Of a stretch of DNA of 64,000 bases, positions 1 through 8,895 are shown piece by piece; position 1 is the first letter of the stretch, and each line of letters begins with the position of its first letter. This stretch comes from Escherichia coli (GTDB taxonomy: Bacteria > Pseudomonadota > Gammaproteobacteria > Enterobacterales > Enterobacteriaceae), in NCBI RefSeq assembly GCF_001677475.2, contig NZ_CP015229.1; one strand, written 5' to 3'. A model generated the notes under the pieces. The model was not told the origin of the DNA. It made no database searches and worked only from the letters and a program-made list of their open reading frames with translations. The position numbers were made by a program, and so were the translations under genes.

Positions 1-684
1 GCTTCGCCGCGGATCCCGCAAGCGCGTAATTTGTGGCTGATTTCACTTAAGCTCTGGAGTTGCGAAGGCGAGATTATTGATGAACAAACATTTCGTCGTA
101 GCTTCAGCGATCCGGCACTTAGCCATGCTCTTGACCGACGGGTATTCCACGAATTTTTCCAGCAGGCCGCAAAAGCGGTTGCCAGTAAAGGCATAAGCAT
201 CGCCCTCCCCCTTTCCGTTGCTGGTTTGAGTAGCGCCACACTGGTGAATGAACTGCTTGAGCAGCTGGAAAATAGCCCTCTACCACCACGGTTATTGCAT
301 CTGATTATTCCGGCAGACGCGATTTTAGATCACGCAGAAAGCGTGCAAAAACTGCGACTGGCGGGATGTCGGATCGTATTCAGTCAGGTGGGCCGCGATC
401 TGCAAATCTTCAACTCGCTGAAAGCGAATATGGCAGATTACCTGCTACTTGATGGTGAGTTATGCGCCAACGTGCAGGGAAATTTGATGGATGAGATGCT
501 GATTACGATCATTCAGGGGCACGCTCAGCGGCTCGGGATGAAGACCATCGCCGGGCCAGTAGTTTTACCCCTGGTGATGGATACGCTTTCTGGCATCGGC
601 GTCGATCTGATTTATGGCGATGTGATTGCCGATGCCCAACCGCTGGATTTGCTGGTGAATAGCAGTTATTTCGCGATTAACTAA
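1..684 (+). CDS. dgcE: C-terminal EAL-domain portion of a large GGDEF/EAL c-di-GMP protein (5' end outside window)
   Basis: Frame 1 is open from position 1 to the stop at 684 (track ORF 31..684 is the tail). Position upstream of convergent alkA matches the yegE/dgcE-alkA arrangement known from E. coli. Confidence 0.65.
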   Translation, partial: ASPRIPQARNLWLISLKLWSCEGEIIDEQTFRRSFSDPALSHALDRRVFHEFFQQAAKAVASKGISIALPLSVAGLSSATLVNELLEQLENSPLPPRLLHLIIPADAILDHAESVQKLRLAGCRIVFSQVGRDLQIFNSLKANMADYLLLDGELCANVQGNLMDEMLITIIQGHAQRLGMKTIAGPVVLPLVMDTLSGIGVDLIYGDVIADAQPLDLLVNSSYFAIN

Positions 685-721
685 GGCGTGATTCCCCATC
701 GACTGATGCGGCGTATCAGGC

Positions 722-1579
722 CTACAATTCGTCCGTTCCGTCTGGTTGCCAGCCTTCCGTATACCAGATATGCAACAGCGCATAAGAACGCCAGGGCTTC
801 CAGCGTTCGGCATAACGGCGGATTTGTGCCGGTGTCATTCCCGGAAATCGCTGTTTAATCAGATAATCATCCGGCAGGAAAACATCTTTCGCCTGCCAGC
901 CACGTAAGGCGAAATAATTCGCCGTCCAGCGCCCGATACCCGGAAAAGTTTGCAGCGTTTTCATCGCTTGCTCTACGTCGCCCGGAATTGTCATTGATAA
1001 GGTGCCCTCCAGCGCCGCATTTGCCAGATGAATCAGTGCCTCTGCCCGTTTCAACGGCATACCTAACGCTTTTAATGCCTGCGGGTCGGCTGCTGCCAGC
1101 CGCTGAGGCGTGGGGAAGCAGACATAATCCGGAAAATCATCCAGCCGTTCGCCATAAAGCTGTGCCACTCTGGCGGTCAATTTTGCCGCCATCGCCACGC
1201 TCACCAGTTGGCCTAAAATCGCCCGCACGCCCTGCTCAAAAGCATCAACACTGCCGGGTAAACGCAATCCGGGCCGCGCCGCGCCTAACTTGCCCAACGC
1301 ACCGTTAACAATCTGCGGGTTACATTGCAGATCAAACAGGCGGCTCATTTTCGCCAGACACTCTGCGGCAACAGGTTCTAAACCTGCACTTAAATTTATG
1401 TGCAGAGTATGGCGGGCTATATCCGGAATAGCAGTCACCACGCCGCGATATTCGCCCACCGCCAGACTACGGGCATAATAATCGTCAGCGACCGTTTCCA
1501 CACCGTTCACCGCACGGGCGGCAAGAAATCCCAACATCCACGACCAGTCATACGGCGGCTGCCAGTTCAGGGTATACAT
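722..1579 (-). CDS. alkA: 3-methyladenine DNA glycosylase II
   Basis: 285-aa ORF beginning MYTLNWQPPYDWSWMLGFLAARAVNGVETV, recognised as AlkA; HhH-GPD fold region present. Confidence 0.85.
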   Translation of the reverse strand: MYTLNWQPPYDWSWMLGFLAARAVNGVETVADDYYARSLAVGEYRGVVTAIPDIARHTLHINLSAGLEPVAAECLAKMSRLFDLQCNPQIVNGALGKLGAARPGLRLPGSVDAFEQGVRAILGQLVSVAMAAKLTARVAQLYGERLDDFPDYVCFPTPQRLAAADPQALKALGMPLKRAEALIHLANAALEGTLSMTIPGDVEQAMKTLQTFPGIGRWTANYFALRGWQAKDVFLPDDYLIKQRFPGMTPAQIRRYAERWKPWRSYALLHIWYTEGWQPDGTDEL

Positions 1580-1712
1580 CGCATCTCCTTGTTAATCCGC
1601 TTTCAGCATAAACGTTATTCAGACGCTACGCTTTGCTTTCATATTCCGGTTGTCGCGACGGCAACATTTCGCTAAAGTCACGCCCCTTCTTCACCGGCAT
1701 GGGGATTATTTC

Positions 1713-3065
1713 GTGTTTATTGGTTTTGATTACGGTACAGCAAACTGTTCAGTGGCGGTCATGCGCGACGGTAAGCCGCAATTACTGAAAATGGAAAACG
1801 ACAGCACGCTGCTGCCTTCAATGCTTTGCGCGCCAACGCGTGAAGCGGTAAGCGAATGGCTGTACCGCCATCATGATGTTCCGGCAGACGACGATGAAAC
1901 GCAGGCGCTGTTGCGTCGGGCGATTCGTTATAACCGCGAAGAAGATATCGATGTTACGGCGAAAAGCGTGCAGTTCGGTCTTTCCTCACTGGCACAGTAC
2001 ATTGATGATCCAGAAGAAGTGTGGTTTGTGAAATCACCAAAATCGTTCCTCGGTGCCAGCGGCTTAAAACCGCAGCAGGTAGCGCTGTTTGAGGATCTGG
2101 TCTGCGCAATGATGTTACACATTCGCCAACAGGCGCAGGCGCAGCTGCCGGAGGCAATTACTCAGGCGGTGATTGGTCGCCCGATCAACTTCCAGGGGCT
2201 GGGCGGTGATGAAGCAAACACCCAGGCGCAAGGGATTCTGGAACGCGCGGCGAAGCGTGCCGGGTTTAAGGATGTGGTATTCCAGTACGAGCCGGTCGCG
2301 GCCGGGCTGGATTACGAAGCCACCTTACAGGAAGAAAAACGGGTGCTGGTGGTGGATATCGGCGGTGGTACGACTGACTGTTCATTGCTGCTGATGGGGC
2401 CGCAGTGGCGTTCGCGTCTCGATCGTGAAGCCAGCCTGCTGGGTCACAGTGGTTGCCGTATTGGCGGTAACGATCTGGATATCGCACTGGCGTTTAAAAA
2501 CCTGATGCCGTTACTGGGCATGGGTGGCGAAACCGAAAAAGGCATCGCCCTGCCGATTCTGCCGTGGTGGAATGCGGTTGCCATCAACGACGTACCTGCG
2601 CAAAGTGATTTCTACAGTAGTGCCAACGGTCGTCTGCTTAACGATCTGGTACGCGATGCCCGCGAACCGGATAAAGTGGCCCTGTTACAGAAAGTCTGGC
2701 GTCAGCGTTTAAGCTATCGCCTGGTACGTAGCGCAGAAGAGAGCAAAATTGCGCTTTCAAGCGTAGCGGAAACCCGCGCCTCACTGCCGTTTATCAGCGA
2801 TGAACTGGCTACGCTGATTAGCCAGCAAGGGCTGGAAAGCGCCCTCAACCAGCCACTGGCGCGGATTCTGGAACAGGTGCAACTGGCGCTGGATAACGCC
2901 CAGGAAAAACCGGATGTTATCTATCTGACCGGCGGTAGCGCCCGTTCACCGCTGATTAAAAAAGCGCTGACAGAACAGTTGCCGGGCATTCCGATTGCAG
3001 GTGGCGATGACTTTGGCTCCGTCACCGCCGGGCTGGCACGCTGGGCGGAAGTGGTGTTTCGTTAA
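1713..3065 (+). CDS. yegD: Hsp70/actin-fold ATPase YegD
   Basis: Track ORF 1650..3065; GTG at 1713 gives a 450-aa product starting FIGFDYGTANCSVAV (DnaK-like phosphate-1 motif) with later DIGGGTTD motif. Start codon choice is inferred. Confidence 0.8.
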   Translation: MFIGFDYGTANCSVAVMRDGKPQLLKMENDSTLLPSMLCAPTREAVSEWLYRHHDVPADDDETQALLRRAIRYNREEDIDVTAKSVQFGLSSLAQYIDDPEEVWFVKSPKSFLGASGLKPQQVALFEDLVCAMMLHIRQQAQAQLPEAITQAVIGRPINFQGLGGDEANTQAQGILERAAKRAGFKDVVFQYEPVAAGLDYEATLQEEKRVLVVDIGGGTTDCSLLLMGPQWRSRLDREASLLGHSGCRIGGNDLDIALAFKNLMPLLGMGGETEKGIALPILPWWNAVAINDVPAQSDFYSSANGRLLNDLVRDAREPDKVALLQKVWRQRLSYRLVRSAEESKIALSSVAETRASLPFISDELATLISQQGLESALNQPLARILEQVQLALDNAQEKPDVIYLTGGSARSPLIKKALTEQLPGIPIAGGDDFGSVTAGLARWAEVVFR

Positions 3066-3077
3066 TTGAAAACTGGC

Positions 3078-5027
3078 TCAGCAGCGGCTTAAATCAGCCT
3101 GCGCCTGAGCCAGTTTTTCTGCCGCCTGACGTAACGGTTCCATCAACGGCATGGTCCGTGCTGGAGCATGAAGGCGGAATCGCTGCAACTCTGTCGCGCC
3201 GACTGTCAACGCCGATTCCAGCCGATGTCGTTTGGCGGCCATTTTTGCCATTACCGCTTGTCTGTCTGCAGGCGTTATCGCTTCATTCGGCCTGAACACA
3301 AAACGGCGTTCACAGCTCGCTTTCCAGTCGATAACCGCCTGGGTCAGATGGTCGCCAAACCCTTTCACTTGCTTAACACCACGACGGGTAACATCCGCTG
3401 CTGTTTCAATACCAAAGGACCGTAACGCCGCTTTACGCGCAGGGCCAACGCCGGGAATAGAGGCAACATCAATAAAAAATCCCTCCAGAAACTTCTGCTT
3501 CTGCCGTTCCCTTGCAGTGTCATGAAGTGCTGCCAGAGCGCGTTTCTCTTCTTCCGGTAACCCGAGAATTTCGTTCTTCATTTTTTCGAGCATCGTCCGT
3601 TTGGCGATAAAACCTTCCAGCCCGCCCAACTGTTGGATCTGGCTGACTAAATGGTCATAGTCCATTTTTGCGCGATTAAAAGCCTCTCTTCGTCGCTGGA
3701 CTTCTGCTTTGTACGCTTTGCTTGTCAGGCTGCCAATAATCCAGATAGCCGCCAGCACGGGAACCAAAATGATATAACGCGGTTCTACCTGAAGGCCGCA
3801 AAGCAGCAGCGATAATGCTGACAGTGCGATCTCAATCAGAATGATGTATTCACGCCGTAACAGGCCTAAAGGAAGCGGCCTGCCAGTCGGTTGGAAATGA
3901 TCGGGTAATGGTAATTGCAATGCTGGCGGTGCTACTGACGCCATCACCATCGCCCAGACTTTCGCCAGCACAAAATCACCACTGGTGGTAATGACCTCTT
4001 CGCCGAGATCAATAAAATAGATAACGCCTTGATTATCCAGCGCACACCACGGGCAGTCAGTCAAATGACCGGGGTAAACATGCATTGCCGAAACGGTACA
4101 TTTCTTTAACTGTTGGCGTAGTAAATCAAGTGCCGCTACCCACGCTTTTGCCGTCGGACGCGCGGTTGCCACGCCACTTTCCGTGAATGCCTGCTGAAAC
4201 ATGGCTTCAACATCGCCCGGTAACATCGACAGCGGAATAGATCGTGGCGGCGGTTTTAAACCACGCCGCTGATTATCTGACGCGTAGGCATAACGGAAAT
4301 GAGCAATATCCGTCTCCAGCGCATTCCCCGCATCAGAGATAAGCGGTACACCGGAATAAGGATGCCGACCACCAAACAAGACGTGAAAAATCAGCAACGC
4401 AAGGCCAAAATTATCGTGATTCGCGGTGCGTTCAAAGCCGACAAATGATGGCAATGTTTGCAGCTCTGGCGGCGTAAAATGCGACACGCCGACTTCGCAT
4501 AAATGCAGCGTGCCATTGGCGTTAATCTGAAAGGAGTCGCTATCAATCAACACCACTTTGCTGTCGCGACCTACCATAAAGCTGTTCTGGTTTACGTCCC
4601 CCACGACGTGCCCGTGCTCGTGAACCGTAGCAAAAGATGAAGCAATATTGCGCGCAACATAGAGTAGAAAATCCCACGCACAATGAGGGTAACTCTGGCG
4701 ACGATGTGCCGGGCTATAGATCATATGAATCGGTTCTTTACCAGAAACTTTTGGCATCATAAAACCGATAACTTTTCCGCCTCGTCCACCGTGAAGCGTT
4801 GCCTGCGGCCAGGCGACATAATTCAGCAACTGCGCGTCAGCTGTCGCAGCCATAAAGGCAAGTTTGTCCTGTTTTAATGCGGGTGGCGGCGTGTGATAAA
4901 TCTTGGCGACGCTATCGACAAACTCCTCGATATCATAAACCGCGCCTTCGCCACCTTTGCCCAGTTCACGGCCTGGCGTAACGCACTCACCAGTAGCAGT
5001 ATATAAAGTGTGTTTCATGGTAACCAC
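3078..5027 (-). CDS. yegI: Atypical Ser/Thr protein kinase with predicted TM hairpin and C-terminal helix-hairpin-helix region
   Basis: 649-aa ORF; Gly-rich GKGGEGAVY, VAKIY lysine, HVVGDVNQNSF catalytic-loop-like and DSDSF (DFG-like) motifs; hydrophobic stretch ~aa 395-440; VASIPGVGPARKAAL HhH-like motif. Confidence 0.8.
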   Translation of the reverse strand: MVTMKHTLYTATGECVTPGRELGKGGEGAVYDIEEFVDSVAKIYHTPPPALKQDKLAFMAATADAQLLNYVAWPQATLHGGRGGKVIGFMMPKVSGKEPIHMIYSPAHRRQSYPHCAWDFLLYVARNIASSFATVHEHGHVVGDVNQNSFMVGRDSKVVLIDSDSFQINANGTLHLCEVGVSHFTPPELQTLPSFVGFERTANHDNFGLALLIFHVLFGGRHPYSGVPLISDAGNALETDIAHFRYAYASDNQRRGLKPPPRSIPLSMLPGDVEAMFQQAFTESGVATARPTAKAWVAALDLLRQQLKKCTVSAMHVYPGHLTDCPWCALDNQGVIYFIDLGEEVITTSGDFVLAKVWAMVMASVAPPALQLPLPDHFQPTGRPLPLGLLRREYIILIEIALSALSLLLCGLQVEPRYIILVPVLAAIWIIGSLTSKAYKAEVQRRREAFNRAKMDYDHLVSQIQQLGGLEGFIAKRTMLEKMKNEILGLPEEEKRALAALHDTARERQKQKFLEGFFIDVASIPGVGPARKAALRSFGIETAADVTRRGVKQVKGFGDHLTQAVIDWKASCERRFVFRPNEAITPADRQAVMAKMAAKRHRLESALTVGATELQRFRLHAPARTMPLMEPLRQAAEKLAQAQADLSRC

Positions 5028-5776
5028 AGCGCCAGTGCCAACGTTTTATCATCATCGGTACGCTCGTTTACCGCCGGGCTGGACAAAAACTGCTTTAACA
5101 ATTCAGGTAATAAATCGAGTTGTTCCTGCGTTGCTGACACCAGCCCATTGAAAAACGGGGTAAAGAAAGGCACATGGGGAGAATTATCCAGCATATTTAA
5201 CGCCAGCCGCTGGATACCATCCGTAAATGCTGCAACTTTGTGCGCACGCTCAGTGCTGGTGAAAGTTTCCAGTCTGGAAACCGCATCTTCATCGGTAATG
5301 AAGTGCGTCATGTTGGCATATTCACCCACCATCGGCGTGAGCGGCAGTTGCAGACCGTGCCCCAAATCTACCACCACACCGCCGTCGCCAATCTGCATAA
5401 TCAGGGTGCCATTAGCTGATGAAATCAATCCCAGAAACGTGCAGGCAAAATCGCGAACAGCTAATTCTTTGGCTTCCGCCTCGGCAAAAAGTCGCTGACG
5501 AACGGTCAGCACAATATCCGTTGCGAGGACATCATTGAGCCCCAATTCCCCGCCCTGCACTTTTTGCATCATATAAGCCATCGCTTCATTGACGGCGAGC
5601 ATCGCGCCTTCGCCACCCTGCGAGACGCTACCTGCGCCATCGGCGACAAATACCGACAATAATGGCTGCTGGTCATTTAGCCAGGCAACCTGCATCTGGC
5701 AGGCATCCTGGCAAGGCAAGTCCGCGCTGATGTGCGACGTTCCAACGGTTGATGCATAGACCAGACGCCAGCTCAC
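5015..5776 (-). CDS. pphC: PP2C-family Ser/Thr protein phosphatase
   Basis: 253-aa ORF with VADGAGS and IGDGG metal-binding motifs typical of PP2C; its stop overlaps the yegI start by 13 nt. Confidence 0.8.
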   Translation of the reverse strand: MSWRLVYASTVGTSHISADLPCQDACQMQVAWLNDQQPLLSVFVADGAGSVSQGGEGAMLAVNEAMAYMMQKVQGGELGLNDVLATDIVLTVRQRLFAEAEAKELAVRDFACTFLGLISSANGTLIMQIGDGGVVVDLGHGLQLPLTPMVGEYANMTHFITDEDAVSRLETFTSTERAHKVAAFTDGIQRLALNMLDNSPHVPFFTPFFNGLVSATQEQLDLLPELLKQFLSSPAVNERTDDDKTLALALWLP

Positions 5777-6432
5777 ACTGACGTCCAGCCTTTTGGCGCT
5801 TCCAGCACAACTTCCGTTCCCGGCGTGGAGCGGGAAACCGAACGCAGCGAACTGGATAACCAGCTAAACAGTTCACGGAATTGTAATCCCTGCAGTGGCA
5901 AAGGCTGACGAACGCTGATTTGTGCCAGCGTCTTCATATCCGCCCCCTGAACGCCGATGGCAAAGAAGGCAAACTTCTTACCTTCTTCCCCCTGAAACAC
6001 TTTGTTGGCGGCTGCCTGCCACTCATCGGTTGGTGCACCATCAGTGATCATGAAAATCCACGGACGATAATAGGAAATACCATTGGCGCGATACTCACGT
6101 TTGCGCTCCTCAACCATATCCAGGGCTTTGGTAATGGCGGCCCCCATTGGTGTATCGCCCTGGGCAAACAGGATGGGCGGGAAAAAGTTAGCGGCGCTGG
6201 TAAAGGGTTGTTCCACATGCACTGGGCCGAACGTCACAATACCAAGTTCCACTCTTTTTAAGGCCAGCGGGTCGGCAAGCAGCTCATCGCGAAAGGTAAC
6301 CAATCCGGCGTTAAGTTCATTAATGGGTCTACCGTTCATCGAACCAGAAACATCCAGCAGCAAAATGCAGGGGCAACGTGGTTCCGGGTTACTGGCAAAA
6401 TCGCTGGTGGCAAACGTGATTTGTTCGCTCAT
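5773..6432 (-). CDS. yegL: von Willebrand factor A (VWA) domain protein
   Basis: 219-aa ORF with MIDAS motif [11 protein letters not shown]; its stop overlaps the pphC start (4-nt overlap), indicating translational coupling. Confidence 0.8.
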   Translation of the reverse strand: MSEQITFATSDFASNPEPRCPCILLLDVSGSMNGRPINELNAGLVTFRDELLADPLALKRVELGIVTFGPVHVEQPFTSAANFFPPILFAQGDTPMGAAITKALDMVEERKREYRANGISYYRPWIFMITDGAPTDEWQAAANKVFQGEEGKKFAFFAIGVQGADMKTLAQISVRQPLPLQGLQFRELFSWLSSSLRSVSRSTPGTEVVLEAPKGWTSV

Positions 6433-6613
6433 AAGAAATCCTTTCTTAGAGAATTATTGAGGTCCGGTATCATACCGATTGCAATAATGAAATAAGAGCA
6501 AACGAAGAAACTTTCAGAATTAGTCCCGGCGGCGCAGAAAATTTTGCTATTCGCCTCGCAAGAACGGAGAGCCGTCGATTGACACTAAGGGCGGAGTGAC
6601 ATAATTTCAGGAG

Positions 6614-6758
6614 TGAGGGTTAGGGAGAGGTTTCCCCCTCCCCCTGGTGTTCTTAGTAAGCCTGGAAGCTAATCACTAAGAGTATCACCAGTATGATGAC
6701 GTGCTTCATCATAACCCTTTCCTTATTAAAAGCCCTCTTCTCCGGGAGAGGCTTTCCC
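6614..6758 (+). ncRNA. sibA: Sib antitoxin sRNA antisense to ibs copy 1 (ends approximate)
   Basis: Sigma70-like promoter TTGACA (6579-6584), 17-nt spacer, TAATTT (6602-6607) on the plus strand; imperfect GC-rich hairpin plus short T-run at ~6731-6758; fully antisense to the ibs ORF. Confidence 0.6.
6653..6712 (-). CDS. ibsA: Ibs type I toxin, 19 aa (MMKHVIILVILLVISFQAY)
   Basis: Reverse complement of 6653..6712 translates to MMKHVIILVILLVISFQAY plus TAA; this matches the IbsA peptide as I recall it. Below the 60-aa track cutoff. Confidence 0.8.
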   Translation of the reverse strand: MMKHVIILVILLVISFQAY

Positions 6759-6948
6759 GTTTCAGCGTCCCGCTGAAATCGTCGGCTTACCTCCTTTCGC
6801 CCTGAATGCAGTCTATCGCTAACGCGTGAACAAAATAGTTTCCTCTGTGATTATTGCGTAACGACTCGCAAAGAATATTTGCTGGCAGGATCGCAGACTG
6901 CAAAGCCTGCAGATTGACAATCTTATCGTGAAGGCATACTTTCAGGAG

Positions 6949-7092
6949 TGAGGGTAGAGCGGGGGTTCCCCCGCCCTGGTAGTCTTAGTAAGCCGGGAAG
7001 CTTATGACTAAGAGCACCACGATGATGATCCACTTCATCATGACCCTTTCCTTATTTAAGGCCCCTTCCTCGGGAGGGGCTTTCCCGTTTCA
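6949..7092 (+). ncRNA. sibB: Sib antitoxin sRNA antisense to ibs copy 2 (ends approximate)
   Basis: Promoter TTGACA (6914-6919), 17 nt, TACTTT (6937-6942); hairpin gcccct/aggggc at ~7061-7080 followed by cttt. Confidence 0.6.
6985..7041 (-). CDS. ibsB: Ibs type I toxin, 18 aa (MMKWIIIVVLLVISFPAY)
   Basis: Reverse complement translates to MMKWIIIVVLLVISFPAY plus TAA; close to IbsB as I recall it. Confidence 0.75.
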   Translation of the reverse strand: MMKWIIIVVLLVISFPAY

Positions 7093-7276
7093 GCGTCCCG
7101 CTGAAATCATCGGCTTACCTCCTTTCGCCCTGAATGCAGTCTATCGCTGACTTGCGGATAAAATAGTTTCACATGTGATTATTGCGTAGCGTCTCGCAAA
7201 GAATATTTGCTGGCAGGATCGCAGACTGCAAAGCCTGCAGATTGACAATCTTATCGTGAAGGCATACTTTCAGGAG

Positions 7277-7416
7277 TGAGGGTAGAGCGGGGTTTCCCCC
7301 GCCCTGGTAGTCTTAGTAAGCTGGCCAGCTAATGACTAAGAGCACCACGATGATGAGTATCTTCATCATGACCCTTTCCTTATTTAAGACCCCTTCCTCG
7401 GGAGGGGCTTTCCCGT
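7277..7416 (+). ncRNA. Sib antitoxin sRNA antisense to ibs copy 3 (ends approximate)
   Basis: Promoter TTGACA (7242-7247), 17 nt, TACTTT (7265-7270); hairpin ccccttcctcgggagggg at ~7390-7408 followed by ctttcccgttt. Confidence 0.55.
7313..7369 (-). CDS. Ibs type I toxin, 18 aa (MMKILIIVVLLVISWPAY), third copy
   Basis: Reverse complement translates to MMKILIIVVLLVISWPAY plus TAA. Confidence 0.75.
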   Translation of the reverse strand: MMKILIIVVLLVISWPAY

Positions 7417-7576
7417 TTCAGCGTCCCGCTGAAATCGTCGGCTTACCTCCTTTCGCCATGCAAGCAGTCTATCGCTAACGCGTAGATAAAATAGTTTCAT
7501 GTGTTATTACTGGATGCGTGCTCGCAAATGTGCCCGTCATTCAGACGATTCCCGACAGTGTTTCATAATTCCTCCA

Positions 7577-7594
7577 TTTTTCTCCCTTATTGGC
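7577..7594 (+). promoter_or_regulatory. BaeR box upstream of mdtA
   Basis: tttttctcccttattggc closely matches the published BaeR consensus TTTTTCTCCATDATTGGC as I recall it; lies ~55 nt upstream of the mdtA start. Confidence 0.55.
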
Positions 7595-7647
7595 TGGCTA
7601 CACTAGTATCATTCCGCGAAACGTTTCAGGAAGAGAAACTCTTAACG

Positions 7648-8895
7648 ATGAAAGGCAGTTATAAATCCCGTTGGGTAATCGTAATCGTGGTGGTTATCGC
7701 CGCCATCGCCGCATTCTGGTTCTGGCAAGGCCGCAATGACTCCCGGAGTGCAGCCCCAGGGGCGACGAAACAAGCGCAGCAATCGCCAGCGGGTGGTCGC
7801 CGTGGTATGCGTTCCGGCCCATTAGCCCCGGTTCAGGCGGCGACCGCCGTAGAACAGGCAGTTCCGCGTTACCTCACCGGGCTTGGCACCATTACCGCCG
7901 CTAATACTGTTACGGTGCGCAGCCGCGTGGACGGTCAACTGATGGCGTTGCATTTCCAGGAAGGCCAGCAGGTCAAAGCAGGCGATTTATTGGCAGAAAT
8001 TGACCCCAGCCAGTTCAAAGTTGCATTAGCACAAGCCCAGGGCCAACTGGCAAAAGATAAAGCCACGCTTGCCAACGCCCGCCGTGACCTGGCGCGTTAT
8101 CAACAACTGGTAAAAACCAATCTCGTCTCCCGCCAGGAGCTGGATGCCCAACAAGCGCTGGTCAGTGAAACCGAAGGCACCATTAAGGCTGATGAAGCAA
8201 GCGTCGCCAGCGCACAGCTGCAACTCGACTGGAGCCGTATTACCGCACCAGTCGATGGTCGCGTTGGTCTCAAGCAGGTTGATGTTGGTAACCAAATCTC
8301 CAGTGGTGATACCACCGGGATTGTGGTGATCACCCAGACGCATCCTATCGATTTGCTCTTTACCCTGCCGGAAAGCGATATCGCTACCGTCGTGCAGGCG
8401 CAAAAAGCCGGGAAACCGCTGGTGGTAGAAGCCTGGGATCGCACCAATTCAAAGAAATTAAGCGAAGGCACGCTGTTAAGTCTCGATAACCAAATCGATG
8501 CCACAACCGGTACGATTAAAGTGAAAGCACGCTTTAATAATCAGGATGATGCGCTGTTTCCCAATCAGTTTGTTAACGCGCGCATGTTAGTCGACACCGA
8601 ACAAAACGCCGTAGTGATCCCAACAGCCGCCCTGCAAATGGGCAATGAAGGCCATTTTGTCTGGGTGCTGAATAGCGAAAACAAGGTCAGCAAACATCTG
8701 GTGACGCCGGGCATTCAGGACAGTCAGAAAGTGGTGATCCGTGCAGGTATTTCTGCGGGCGATCGCGTGGTGACAGACGGCATTGATCGCCTGACCGAAG
8801 GGGCGAAAGTGGAAGTGGTGGAAGCCCAGAGCGCCACTACTCCGGAAGAGAAAGCCACCAGCCGCGAATACGCGAAAAAAGGAGCACGCTCCTGA
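7648..8895 (+). CDS. mdtA: RND efflux membrane fusion protein
   Basis: Track ORF 7501..8895; ATG at 7648 gives 415 aa starting [26 protein letters not shown] (signal anchor). Stop overlaps the mdtB start. Confidence 0.9.
   Translation: MKGSYKSRWVIVIVVVIAAIAAFWFWQGRNDSRSAAPGATKQAQQSPAGGRRGMRSGPLAPVQAATAVEQAVPRYLTGLGTITAANTVTVRSRVDGQLMALHFQEGQQVKAGDLLAEIDPSQFKVALAQAQGQLAKDKATLANARRDLARYQQLVKTNLVSRQELDAQQALVSETEGTIKADEASVASAQLQLDWSRITAPVDGRVGLKQVDVGNQISSGDTTGIVVITQTHPIDLLFTLPESDIATVVQAQKAGKPLVVEAWDRTNSKKLSEGTLLSLDNQIDATTGTIKVKARFNNQDDALFPNQFVNARMLVDTEQNAVVIPTAALQMGNEGHFVWVLNSENKVSKHLVTPGIQDSQKVVIRAGISAGDRVVTDGIDRLTEGAKVEVVEAQSATTPEEKATSREYAKKGARS

Larger units (their letters stand above)
6605..7500. 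repeat. Three tandem ~330-bp Ibs/Sib type I toxin-antitoxin repeat units
   Basis: Direct comparison of the sequence shows three near-identical units starting tttcaggagtgaggg... at ~6605, ~6941 and ~7269, each containing an ibs ORF on the minus strand. Confidence 0.85.

Noticed and set aside
6605-7500. Possible CRISPR array suggested by regularly spaced repeats
   Set aside because: Units are ~330 bp, contain small ORFs and promoters, and have no short repeat/spacer structure or cas genes nearby; they are Ibs/Sib toxin-antitoxin repeats.
7501-7647. N-terminal extension of the mdtA ORF (track ORF 7501..8895, 464 aa)
   Set aside because: The extension overlaps the Sib/Ibs repeat and BaeR box and has no RBS; the signal-anchor sequence and a properly spaced start at 7648 give the expected 415-aa MdtA.
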